From assembly GCF_030694375.1 (NCBI RefSeq), contig NZ_JAUXYL010000013.1, forward strand, positions 62,366 through 126,365: a DNA stretch of 64,000 nt, read 5' to 3'. The DNA is from Algoriphagus sp. (GTDB taxonomy: Bacteria > Bacteroidota > Bacteroidia > Cytophagales > Cyclobacteriaceae). Position 1 is the first letter of the stretch. Every line of letters begins with the position of its first letter. Positions 1-10,000 of the stretch are shown one piece after another. Below the pieces are notes generated by a model. That model was not told the DNA's origin and searched no databases. It was given only the letters and a program-made list of their open reading frames with translations. Position numbers and translations under genes: made by a program.

Positions 1-1133
1 GATGTAATAGGAGTATCCGCGCTAAACAATTTTTCGATCTCGTCTGGGGACATCCCTACGCCATTGTCCTTTACACAGATGGTCAATGAATCGGCCGACG
101 CTTTGGTATACACGGCAATTTCACCTCCCGGCATGGCAAACTTAAGCGCATTGGAAACCAAATTCCTGATGACAGTGGCAATCATATTTCTGTCAGCCGA
201 AATTATAATTTCCTCAGAAATGTCCATGTTAATCTTAATGTGCTTTTGCACGGCGATTTGATCAAACAAGGCGAAGACTTCTGACACTACGGCTTTCATA
301 CAAAACTTTGTCGGATTGAAGCTATGCCTGCCTGTCTGAGATTTTGCCCATTCCATCAAATTAAAGAGCAAGTCCATTGCCCGCTTGGAAGAATTAAGGA
401 TAACCCCTGCAATTTCCTCCACAGCCTCATAGTCTTTGCTTTGCACTTCCATCATCAACAACTCGCTGTGTCCGATAATAGACGTAAATGGATTCTTCAA
501 ATCATGGGCAATGATCGAAAAAAACATGTCCTTCTGTGAATTCAAAAGATTCAACTGCTTGACCACTTCCTCCAATTCGGACTCGGCCTTTTTGCGTTCG
601 GTGATATCCAATATCGTCAGAAGGCAGTGGTCATCATGCTCCTCTTCAACAATAGCTGTCAATTGGGCACAGATGGATTTATCATTACAGCCCAAGACCA
701 GCATTTCGCTCATTTCTTTGGTTTTGCTTTTAAAAGTCTTTTTAAGAAAAAGATTGAAAGTGGAAAGGCCTTTTTCGGGAATAAACCGACCAAAGGATTT
801 CCCCTTAAGAACAGCTCGCTCTTTTCCCAGCATTTTGGAACCGATGAGATTGAGATCGAGTATTATACCCTCCTCAGAAAGTGTGAAATAGCCGATCGGT
901 GCAAAATCGTAAAGGGAGGTGTATTTTTGAGCGATATATTCAGCTCTCTCACGCGCCAATTTCAGCTCTTCATTCTGAAGCTCCAATTCGATCTGAAAGA
1001 CTTCAAGCTCATGGACCGCTCTCAAAAGTTCGGCTTCAGTCAGGGCTGAATTAGACTTTTGGGTTTTATTCTTTAAGATTGCTTCGGCTTTTTTACGAAG
1101 TAAACCAAACTCGGATTTAGTAGCGTAGTCCAT
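1..1133 (-). CDS. PAS-domain sensor histidine kinase (partial; 3' end runs off the left edge)
   Basis: Absent from the ORF track. Translated by hand from ATG at 1133: MDYATKSEFGLLRKKAEAILK...HELEVFQIELELQNEELK...LYDFAPIGYFTL (PAS)...FFSIIAHDLKNPF (HisKA H-box)...IRNLVSNALKF (N-box)...VKDNGVGM (G1). No stop before position 1. Confidence 0.92.
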   Translation of the reverse strand, partial: MDYATKSEFGLLRKKAEAILKNKTQKSNSALTEAELLRAVHELEVFQIELELQNEELKLARERAEYIAQKYTSLYDFAPIGYFTLSEEGIILDLNLIGSKMLGKERAVLKGKSFGRFIPEKGLSTFNLFLKKTFKSKTKEMSEMLVLGCNDKSICAQLTAIVEEEHDDHCLLTILDITERKKAESELEEVVKQLNLLNSQKDMFFSIIAHDLKNPFTSIIGHSELLMMEVQSKDYEAVEEIAGVILNSSKRAMDLLFNLMEWAKSQTGRHSFNPTKFCMKAVVSEVFALFDQIAVQKHIKINMDISEEIIISADRNMIATVIRNLVSNALKFAMPGGEIAVYTKASADSLTICVKDNGVGMSPDEIEKLFSADTPIT

Positions 1134-1243
1134 AATATCGTCTGTTTAAAGCACGGGCAAAAAGAAGCACTTAGGAGAAGAGGATTATCGTTAAGGTAGA
1201 AATTGTTTTGGCTAAAACAACAACTTGTCACTATTAATCCCTC

Positions 1244-3865
1244 TTACTTTTTCCCCTTATTGTCTTTTTGGAGCTTGTCATTCAATTCCTTTAGCTTGAT
1301 TTCCAAACTTTTGGCAACAGTGATATCGGTGAATGTGATCACTACACCATCGATTTTATCCTCGAGTGTACGATAAGGCATAATCCGTATACTGAACCAT
1401 CGCTCATCTTTGGCCGAAATGCAACTTTCTATAGTTTTCAATGATTTCAATACTTCTTTGACGTGTTGACCAAATTCGGGGTAGTCCAACTCAGTCACCA
1501 AGTCTGTAAAGGGCCGACCGATGTCACTTTTTCGGATTTTCACGATGCTTTGGGCATTGTCCGTGAAGCGACGGATATTGAACTCTTTGTCCAGAAAGAG
1601 TGTGGCGATCTCCGTACTGTTGAGTAGATTTTTCATATCATCATTGGCACGGACAAAGTCATTTACTTTACTCTGCAATTCTATATTTACCGTTTGAAGT
1701 TCCTCATTCATACTTTGCATTTCTTCTTTGGAAGTGGTCAGTTCTTCGTTTGTCGATTGCAATTCTTCATTGGTTGACTGGAGTTCCTCATTGGTTGATT
1801 TCAATTCCTCTTGAGAAGTCTGCATTTCTTCCCGGGTACTTTGGAGGTCCTCATGGCTTCTTCTCAGTTGCTCATCCAACTCCTTAAGTTTAAGTGAGGA
1901 TCGACTTTTACCTACACGACCTTTACCTACAGCCTTTTCTACAGGGCTTTTCACCTCAGAAAACACAATGATCGTCAATCCTTTGACCGCTTCCGGGGCA
2001 TCGAGTCGCTGCACCGTTACGTCCACATAATTGTCGATACCGTTACTTTGGACTTTAGCATTTTTGATAAATACCGGAGATAAGTCTCTATTGGCTTTTC
2101 GCAGTGCATCGGAAATTTCCTGATTCAATCCTTCCCGTACCATGGCATGGATGTTCATGTTTGCTTTACCGGCTGCCGGTTCGAGGTACTTTCCGGTGCG
2201 ACCGGTGATGAATAGGATATCTCCCCTATCGTTGACCAATACACTCGATGGAGCAAATCGCTGCAGTAAGAGTTGTTCGGTTACCGTCTGAATGCTATCG
2301 AGTGATTTTTGGGGAAGCTTTTTCTCTGATGTGAAACGTCTATTGCGAAAGAAAGCACTTGGAAAATCTGCCAACTCAGCAGGAGAAAGTGCAGAAGTGC
2401 GCTTATATATTTTTAATTTATTTTCAATTTCTCTAAAGCCTTCCGTAGAACTCCCAAGAGTTTCTGCCGTACCGAGAACCAAAATCCCGTCCTGATTTAG
2501 GCTGTAATTAAACAGTGAGATGAGTTTTTTCTGTAAGTCGGGCTCCATATAGATCAGCATATTCCTGCAAGTCAGGATATCCAACTTGGTAAAAGGAGGA
2601 TCCTTGATGATATTTTGCGGAGCAAAAACAACCATCTCCCGAATTGAATTACTTATCCTATAACCACTTGACTCTACAGTAAAAAAACGGGTGAGTCGTT
2701 CAGGGGACACTTCTGCAGCGATGTTTTCCGGATAAACCCCCGACCGTGCCTTTTCAATGGCATCTTTATCCAAGTCTGTAGCAAATATCTGAAGTGATAG
2801 CCCTCTTCCATTTTGGGATTTTTCCAGCACTTCCTTAAAAATCATCGCGAGAGAATAGGCTTCTTCCCCTGTAGAACAAGCCGTCACCCAAGCCCTAAAG
2901 ACATGCCGATTAGGTGCTTCTTTGATCATCTCCGGCAGCGTGCTGTCCTTCAGCTTTTCCCAAACCTCGGGATCTCTGAAGAAACTGGTCACACCAATGA
3001 GCAATTCTTTAAAGAGAATTTCTACTTCTGCCGGATTCTCTTGAAGAAATCTGACGTATGAGTTTATTTTGTCAATCTGATGTACACCTTTTCTACGCTC
3101 AATTCGACGCAGCAAGGTGTTTTTTTTATAATTCGAAAAATCATGGCCTGATTGTTCCCGTAGTAAAATGATGATTTTGTCAAGATGACTTTTACTTTTT
3201 TCATCAATCGATTTGTCGGGTCCCACTTCCGGAATTTGCTTGAGGATGGCCAACAGCCTGGCCGGTAATTCAGTTGCCGGAGCAATGACATCAGCAATTA
3301 CCGCTTCCCTAGCGCTGATTGGCATCCCATCGAATTTGGCGGATATAGGGTCCTGAACCAATACCAATCCATTCTTTTCTTTGATTGCTTTTATCCCTTG
3401 CGTACCATCGCTTCCCATGCCGGACAGGATTACGCCAACACTATTTTGAAGACGGTCAATTGCCAGTGATTTCATAAAGAAATCAATGGGCAGACGGAGA
3501 CCTCGGGATTCGACAGGGACCAGCAGATGAAGATGTCCATTCAGGACCGATAAGCTTTTATTGGGAGGAATGACATAAACGCAGTCAGGCTTCACCAAGA
3601 GCCCATCGGTAGCCTGCTGTACCTTCATTTGCGTAACCCGCTGCAGCAGCTCCGGTAAAATCCCCACGTGAGTGGGGTCAAGGTGCTGAATAACTACAAA
3701 AGCCAAACCTGTATCTGAAGGCATATTGCTGAAAAACTGTTCCAAAGCTTCCAATCCTCCGGCAGAAGCACCTATCGCGACAATTGAAAATTGAGCTTCG
3801 GGTAAGATTTTATTATCTGATGATACGGGATCTTCATTTGTTTTCAGTGCATTTTTCTTTTCCAT
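1244..3865 (-). CDS. cheR: CheB methylesterase-CheR methyltransferase fusion with coiled coil and C-terminal PAS domain
   Basis: CheB triad motifs IGASAGG, QHLDP and ILSGMGSDG. CheR motifs TSFFRD, ACSTGEEAYS, FATDLD and CRNMLIY. EELQSTNEEL heptad repeats. PAS-like C-terminus (LFLDKEFNIRRFT). Confidence 0.93.
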   Translation of the reverse strand: MEKKNALKTNEDPVSSDNKILPEAQFSIVAIGASAGGLEALEQFFSNMPSDTGLAFVVIQHLDPTHVGILPELLQRVTQMKVQQATDGLLVKPDCVYVIPPNKSLSVLNGHLHLLVPVESRGLRLPIDFFMKSLAIDRLQNSVGVILSGMGSDGTQGIKAIKEKNGLVLVQDPISAKFDGMPISAREAVIADVIAPATELPARLLAILKQIPEVGPDKSIDEKSKSHLDKIIILLREQSGHDFSNYKKNTLLRRIERRKGVHQIDKINSYVRFLQENPAEVEILFKELLIGVTSFFRDPEVWEKLKDSTLPEMIKEAPNRHVFRAWVTACSTGEEAYSLAMIFKEVLEKSQNGRGLSLQIFATDLDKDAIEKARSGVYPENIAAEVSPERLTRFFTVESSGYRISNSIREMVVFAPQNIIKDPPFTKLDILTCRNMLIYMEPDLQKKLISLFNYSLNQDGILVLGTAETLGSSTEGFREIENKLKIYKRTSALSPAELADFPSAFFRNRRFTSEKKLPQKSLDSIQTVTEQLLLQRFAPSSVLVNDRGDILFITGRTGKYLEPAAGKANMNIHAMVREGLNQEISDALRKANRDLSPVFIKNAKVQSNGIDNYVDVTVQRLDAPEAVKGLTIIVFSEVKSPVEKAVGKGRVGKSRSSLKLKELDEQLRRSHEDLQSTREEMQTSQEELKSTNEELQSTNEELQSTNEELTTSKEEMQSMNEELQTVNIELQSKVNDFVRANDDMKNLLNSTEIATLFLDKEFNIRRFTDNAQSIVKIRKSDIGRPFTDLVTELDYPEFGQHVKEVLKSLKTIESCISAKDERWFSIRIMPYRTLEDKIDGVVITFTDITVAKSLEIKLKELNDKLQKDNKGKK

Positions 3866-4100
3866 GATCTCGTACTTTTATAATAAATCTCAACTACTTC
3901 ATGAAGGTAGCTTTATTATCTCCAAATGGCTATTTCCAATAAAAGCTAAGAATAAAAACCTTGGAATGAAGATTCCCCATAACTTCCAAACAGGCAACAA
4001 ACTTTCCAATAGTCTAAACTAGTGTAAGTTGGTCTGAGGATAGTTTTGAATTGGAACCTAAATCCCAAACTAGTTTTAAGATTGTGTTAAGCTCAGGCAT

Positions 4101-4119
4101 CATGTTAATTTTTAACATT
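4101..4119 (+). promoter_or_regulatory. Palindromic operator ATGTTAA-N3-TTAACAT upstream of phoD
   Basis: CATGTTAATTTTTAACATT is 18/19 identical to the site at 18075-18093 read on its gene's sense strand. It lies 19 nt upstream of a TAnnTTTG element. Confidence 0.65.
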
Positions 4120-4138
4120 AGCAGGTGATGGGAACGAG

Positions 4139-4146
4139 TAAATTTG
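4139..4146 (+). promoter_or_regulatory. Bacteroidota primary-sigma -7 element (TAAATTTG) for phoD
   Basis: Exact TAnnTTTG match 38 nt before the ATG at 4185. Confidence 0.55.
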
Positions 4147-4184
4147 AATTCACACAAAAATCCGCAAACCCCATCCCTACAAAG

Positions 4185-5231
4185 ATGAAAAACCTATCAA
4201 TTTTAAGCAGATCACCTTTGCTTTTTTTGCTTGCTGTAACGCTTGGCTGTAGCCCCACTATAACCAAACAAAACTCATTTGAGGGAAATGGAATTCACCT
4301 TGAGACCATTGCTTTCGGCTCCTGCAATCATGAATATGGCGAACAGCCCCTCTGGGATCCTATCGTCTCACACCGTCCGGACCTTTGGATTTGGCTTGGC
4401 GACAATATATATGGCGATACTGATTCCATGCCTTTGCTGAAAACCAAATACGAATTACAAAACACCAATTTGGGTTATAAAAAACTCAAGGCTAAAACTC
4501 CTATCATCGGAATATGGGATGACCATGATTACGGAAAAAATGACGCCGGCAAAGAATATCCCTATAGAGAAGAAAGCCGCAACTTGATGTATGATTTTTT
4601 GGAAATACCTCAAAATAGTCCGTTGAGACAAAAAGAAGGTGCTTACGGGGCCTATAATTATGGAAGTGGTGACAGAAAAGTGAAAGTTATTTTACTCGAT
4701 GCACGGTATTTTCGTGACAACTTGGAAAAGAAGGACAAGGAATATGTTTTAAATGAAACCGGTACGATCCTCGGGGAAGAGCAGTGGAAATGGTTAGAAC
4801 AAGAACTAAAAAACAACACTGCGAAAATTACCATAATAGGCTCCGGAATTCAGATTTTATCCAAAGAGCATCCTTTTGAGAAATGGGCAAATTTCCCGAA
4901 AGAACGCGCACGGCTGCTGCAACTTTTGGAAACCTATCAAGTCAACGGCGCAATAATGCTAAGTGGCGATCGACACATTGCCGAAATCAGTAAAACAGAA
5001 ATCCCGGGCATCACTCATCCTGTCTTTGACGTAACTTCCAGCGGTTTGACACACACCTGGAAAACTTATACTGATGAGCCCAATTCCTATCGGGTTGGAG
5101 AGTTGATCGCAAAACTAAACTTCGGGTTGATTGAGTTAGAATGGCAGCAAGATGGGGTAAAAGTAGATTTGGAAATTCGAGGAAAAGCCGATTCCCTCTT
5201 TTTGAAAGAGTCTTTTCTCAGGAAATATTAA
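4185..5231 (+). CDS. phoD: Alkaline phosphatase D family lipoprotein (short PhoD type)
   Basis: AFGSCN, WLGDNIYGD, WDDHDYG, LLDARYFR, LGEEQWKWL and LSGDRH motifs. Lipobox LAVTLGC when started at ATG 4185; the ORF-track start at 4125 lies upstream of the promoter element. Confidence 0.9.
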   Translation: MKNLSILSRSPLLFLLAVTLGCSPTITKQNSFEGNGIHLETIAFGSCNHEYGEQPLWDPIVSHRPDLWIWLGDNIYGDTDSMPLLKTKYELQNTNLGYKKLKAKTPIIGIWDDHDYGKNDAGKEYPYREESRNLMYDFLEIPQNSPLRQKEGAYGAYNYGSGDRKVKVILLDARYFRDNLEKKDKEYVLNETGTILGEEQWKWLEQELKNNTAKITIIGSGIQILSKEHPFEKWANFPKERARLLQLLETYQVNGAIMLSGDRHIAEISKTEIPGITHPVFDVTSSGLTHTWKTYTDEPNSYRVGELIAKLNFGLIELEWQQDGVKVDLEIRGKADSLFLKESFLRKY

Positions 5232-5489
5232 AGAAACATGACTAAAACTATTGGTTAATCAAGTCAAAATTCTCTCAAAATTATTTTCCTGTTAAGCTTT
5301 GAAACCAAGGCGATATTTTTTGTGCTTTTCGCTGAACTTGTAGAAAAAAGCTATGAAATCGGACCTGGCAACCGAAGGTTAGGTCTATGTGTGGCAGAAA
5401 CCGAGTTCATAAATCTCACATGTCGGAATACCATTAAGAAATTCTTCACGTGGAGGGTATGCCCCGATAGCTCGGGGATTTAGGCATTC

Positions 5490-5508
5490 TCCCGATGAAA
5501 GATCGGGA
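5490..5508. repeat. REP-like hairpin TCCCGAT-GAAAG-ATCGGGA followed by CAGGCTA
   Basis: Same element recurs at 5739-5757, 40447-40464, 40714-40731 and 40745-40762. A variant CCCCGATAGCTCGGGG sits at 5462-5477. Confidence 0.7.
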
Positions 5509-5544
5509 CAGGCTATCTGACCAATAAAATCAAATTATGAACAC

Positions 5545-5930
5545 ATGAAATCGAGCATACCCACTGAGGTGACACACAGAGAGATGATTAAAATCCATGC
5601 GAAGATTCCATGTGGCAATTAAAAAACAAAATATAAACACATGAAATCGAGCTTGTCTGCCACAAGCAGGCCTGCCTGAGGCAGACAGGCATGACTAAAA
5701 AGTCACACACTGGGATGATTATCGACGATGCGAGATTCTCCCGATGAAAAATCGGGACAGGCTATGTGGCGATTAAAAAACAAAATATAAACACATGAAA
5801 TCGAGCTTGTCTGTCACAAGCAGGCCTGCCTGAGGCAGACAGGCATGACTAAAAAGTCACACACTGGGATGATTATCGACCATGCGAGATTCCATGTGGC
5901 GATTAAAAAACAAAATATACACACATGAAA
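5545..5930 (+). repeat. Three-unit imperfect tandem repeat (96, 154 and 130 bp) upstream of the Crp/Fnr gene, carrying inserted palindromes
   Basis: Units start at 5545, 5641 and 5795, each ATGAAATCGAGC...ATGTGGC(A/G)ATTAAAAAACAAAATATA(A/C)ACAC. The next ATGAAA (5925) is the Crp start. Units 2 and 3 are nearly identical apart from a 24-bp hairpin-containing insert in unit 2. Confidence 0.9.
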
Positions 5931-6518
5931 CACGGACCTTTTACTTACTTGCTTGAAGAGGTACTAGAAGGAAGCGGGAAAATGATGGAATCATATCACC
6001 TTGAAAAAGGTCATTTGATTTACCAACCTCCACAACGCATCACTCCGATTTTTGAAATCATATCCGGTGCGGTGAGGATTGGATCTTATTCGCCTGCAGG
6101 GGAAGAAGTTTGCTATGATATTCTAAAACCCGGGGACTTTTTCGGTAATCTAAATTGTCTAGGGGGGCAATTTTCAGAGTTTGCAAAAAGCCTTACCCCA
6201 GTAGAATTACGAGCTTACGATGCAGATTTTTTCAAAGAAACAATTTATAATAACCCAAAACTTGCGGCCTGGTTTTTCAAAGAACTTGTGAGAAGATGGT
6301 GTCGTGCAGAAGACCGTCTATACGCTGTAAGAAGTTTGGATGCAGCCGAAAAAATTAAAAGAATCCTCCCCTATTTTCAGGATCAGATTACCGATTCCAG
6401 CGGAAAAACAAACCCACTTCTGAAACTGATCACTTTTCAGGATTTGGCAGATTTGACAGGACTTACACGGCAGACCGTATCCAAAGTAATGCGAGTCGAC
6501 GTTTTGCGACTGAGTTAA
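5925..6518 (+). CDS. Crp/Fnr family transcriptional regulator
   Basis: cNMP-binding-like barrel (LEKGHLIYQP, IISGAVRI, LKPGDFFG) and C-terminal HTH ITFQDLADLTGLTRQTVSKVM. Confidence 0.88.
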   Translation: MKHGPFTYLLEEVLEGSGKMMESYHLEKGHLIYQPPQRITPIFEIISGAVRIGSYSPAGEEVCYDILKPGDFFGNLNCLGGQFSEFAKSLTPVELRAYDADFFKETIYNNPKLAAWFFKELVRRWCRAEDRLYAVRSLDAAEKIKRILPYFQDQITDSSGKTNPLLKLITFQDLADLTGLTRQTVSKVMRVDVLRLS

Positions 6519-7097
6519 TCCTCCAAAAAATCCTTGTGTTAATTATTTTTCCGATCGGAGCAATGTTCAATTTATTGCCCTCAATGACCTTAATGGTTTG
6601 AAAAAACCGCTAGTAGAGCTCCCTCAACTTTCATCAGAAAAATTATCGCGCATTAAAAATTCCTTAAGAATTTAAGATTCTGGATTCAAGCCTTATTACA
6701 TTTTTTTTGTAGTCTTTATTAATTCAATTTGGCAATGGAATTACACAATTTTTATAAAAAATTTGAATTCAAAAACGCTTTCTATAATTGAATTTTCGAG
6801 CCTGAATTACGCTACTTATTGACAGCAGGGAAATCAGTGAATTATGTAAGTCTTTTATTTTTTTATATAACTTTTTCGGCTAAAAATGTCCTGAACTTTA
6901 CTCCACGTGAGTCTAAAAAACTGCGCTGATTAGTATTTTACCCACTTTTATTATCAGCTACATATTTTATATTATAAAATTCATTTTTAGCTAGTCAAGC
7001 AGTTCAGTCCACTTATTTAGTTTCCCGTCAGGAGATGTATTTATTCTATTAATATGATTACCCAGCTATATAATTGAAAATTTAAATTCAACTAATT

Positions 7098-10000
7098 ATG
7101 AAAATACCCAGTACAAAAAAACGGTTTTGGCAGACCATTTTGGTTGCCTTATCGATTACGACAATCTTCGGAAGTTGTCAGGATACATTTGACGAAATGC
7201 TCGGAATCTGTCCTGAGGTGGAATCCACCTCTCCTGCCGACAAAGCCACGGGAGTGCAATTGAATAAAATTATCGCTGTGACATTCAATGAAGCCATGAA
7301 TCCAGCCAGCATCAAAGCAGAGGCATTCAGCTTACGGGTAATGAATTCAACAGGAGGAATCGATGTCGATATACCAGGCAAGCTGACTTACGATGCCACA
7401 AACAACACCATGAGTTTTGCTCCAAATGCTCCTCTTGCCCCTAACACAACTTATACAGGAAGGGTAGAACCCATTGTGAGTGATGTTTTGGGTAATGTAC
7501 TGCAAGCACCCTATGTATGGACTTTTACTACAGGTTCAGCTCCGACAGTGATTGCTACCAATCCGGCGAATATGTCAACCGGAAATGCACTAAATAAGCC
7601 CATTACAGCCAAATTCAGTGCAAAGATGAACCCGGAGACAATCAAGGCCTCCTCTTTTATAATCAAATCCGGGACTACAGCTATCGCCGGTGTGGTGACT
7701 TACATGGATAGCACTGCAACGTTCACTCCCTCGGCCGACCTATTGCCAGGCACCACTTATACAGGTACTATCACTGTGGAAGCTGCGAATACCGACGGAA
7801 TTCCACTTGCCAGCGAATATACCTGGACTTTTAATACGGGTGCAGCACCATCGGTAATCTCTGTAGATCCGAAAGATCAAGAAAAAGGTGTAGCTGTAAA
7901 TAAGTCCATCAGCGCGGTTTTCAGTGAAATGATGGATGGAGGAACGATCAATACGGCTTCTTTCACCTTGAAAACCGGAATGACACCAGTGCCGGGTACA
8001 GTCACTTACGCTGAATTGACAGCGGTCTTCAAACCGTTTATTCCTTTGATCCCAAACACTACCTACACTGCAACCATTTCCAAGACAGTGAAAAACCCAC
8101 AGGGTATAGCGATCACCGGTGACTTTGTCTGGAGTTTCACCACAGCTGCGCCTGACGCTATTGTCGCACCATTGGTAATTTCAACAGATCCGACCAGCAA
8201 TGCCGTGAATGTAGCTTTCGACAAAGTAATCAAAGCCAATTTCAGTCAAACCATGGATCTCGCCACCATCAATGGGGCAACCTTCCTGTTGAAACAAGGA
8301 AATACTGTAATACCTGGAACTGTGACCTATTCAGGCACCACTGCATCCTTCACACCGAGCAGTCCGCTTTCTTCGGGTCTTGTGTACACAGCTACCATTA
8401 CTACAGGTGTTAAAAGTTCAGCTGGTGCAGCTCTGGAAAATAATTATGTTTGGAATTTCACTACGGTAGTATCTGAAACTGCGGCAGCACCAACGGTAAC
8501 TTCTACCGATCCAACAAACAATGCTGTAAATATAGCTTTCAACAAGGTGATCAAAGCCACCTTCAGCCAAGCAATGGATCCGGCTTCTATCACAGCAACC
8601 ACCTTCACGCTGAAACAAGGCAACACGGTCGTGGCAGGAACAGTGACTTACTCCGGTACCACTGCATCCTTCACACCGAACAGTCCGCTTTCCTCGGGTG
8701 GAGTTTACACGGCTACCATTACCACAGGAGCCAAGAATACCACGGGAATAGCCTTAGCAGCTAATTATGTATGGAACTTCACAACTGTCGTATCACAAAC
8801 TGCTACAGCACCAACTGTAACCTCTACCGATCCTGCAAACAATGATACCGGTGTTTCATTGAACAAAGTGATCAAAGCCAATTTCAGCCAAGTAATGGAT
8901 CCTGCTTCGATCACTGGTGCAACGTTCACACTGAAACAGGGAAATACGACCGTGACAGGAACCGTAACCTATTCAGGGTCCACGGCATCTTTTACACCGA
9001 ACAGTCCGCTTTCAGCCAGTCTCGAATACACTGCTACTATTACCACAGGTGCAAAAAATACCTCTGGCACAGCACTGGCGAGTAATTATGAATGGACATT
9101 CACTACAGGTATTCCAGTTGCCCCGACGGTGACTTCTACCGATCCGGCTAACAATGCGACAAACGTTCCCCTTAACAAGGTGATCAAAGCCACTTTCAGC
9201 GAGGCAATGGATCCTGCCACAATCACAGGAACTACCTTCACACTGAAACAGGGAAATACAACCGTGACAGGAACTGTGACCTATTCAGGTACCACGGCAT
9301 CTTTTACACCGAACAGTCCACTTTCTGCAAGTCTTGTTTACACGGCTACTATCACAACCGGAGCCAAGAATACGGCAGGTACTGCCCTAGCAAACGATTA
9401 TGTCTGGACATTCACTACGGCTGCCGCAGTGGCTCCGACGGTAACTTCTACCGATCCGACTAACAATGCGACAAACGTTCCTCTTAACAAAGTGATCAAA
9501 GCCACTTTCAGTGAGCCAATGAATCCTGCCACAATCACAGGCACTACATTCACACTGAAACAAGGAAATACGACCGTAACAGGAACCGTAACCTATTCAG
9601 GTACCACGGCATCCTTTACGCCGAATAATCCGCTTTCGCCAAATGTCACTTACACCGCAACCATCACTACAGGTGCGCAGAATTTGGCAGGTACAGGTTT
9701 GGCAAACGATTATGTTTGGACTTTCCAAACGCTTTCCCAGCAATCTGCCAATTTCGTAGATCTTAAAACTGCCGGAAGATTTGGGATTTTTGCAGCAACA
9801 GGAATCAGTAATAATGCAGGATTCAGCCAGATCCGAAACCTAGACGTAGGGATCACACCCGGTGCACGTTCATCTGTAACCGGATTTCCACCGGCAACTA
9901 TCATAAACGGAGCAATCTATGCTTCTGATGATGCCTCCCCTGCCGGAGTAGCTGCAATGCTGATCCAAGCGAAAAAAGACCTGACTGAGGCTTATTTGTT

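Noticed and set aside
64-1049. Plus-strand ORFs 64-261, 324-539, 436-891 and 627-1049
   Set aside because: Antisense shadows of the minus-strand histidine kinase, which the ORF track missed because it runs off the edge.
5545-5930. Possible CRISPR mini-array (conserved ~40-bp A-rich junction repeated three times)
   Set aside because: The intervening segments are homologous to each other (units 2 and 3 nearly identical), lengths are irregular, and no cas genes are present. It is a tandem duplication.
6519-7097. Crp/Fnr box or structured RNA in the long AT-rich region upstream of the ice-binding gene
   Set aside because: No convincing TGTGA-N6-TCACA or TTGAT-N4-ATCAA match. The weak AT-only palindromes are expected by chance.
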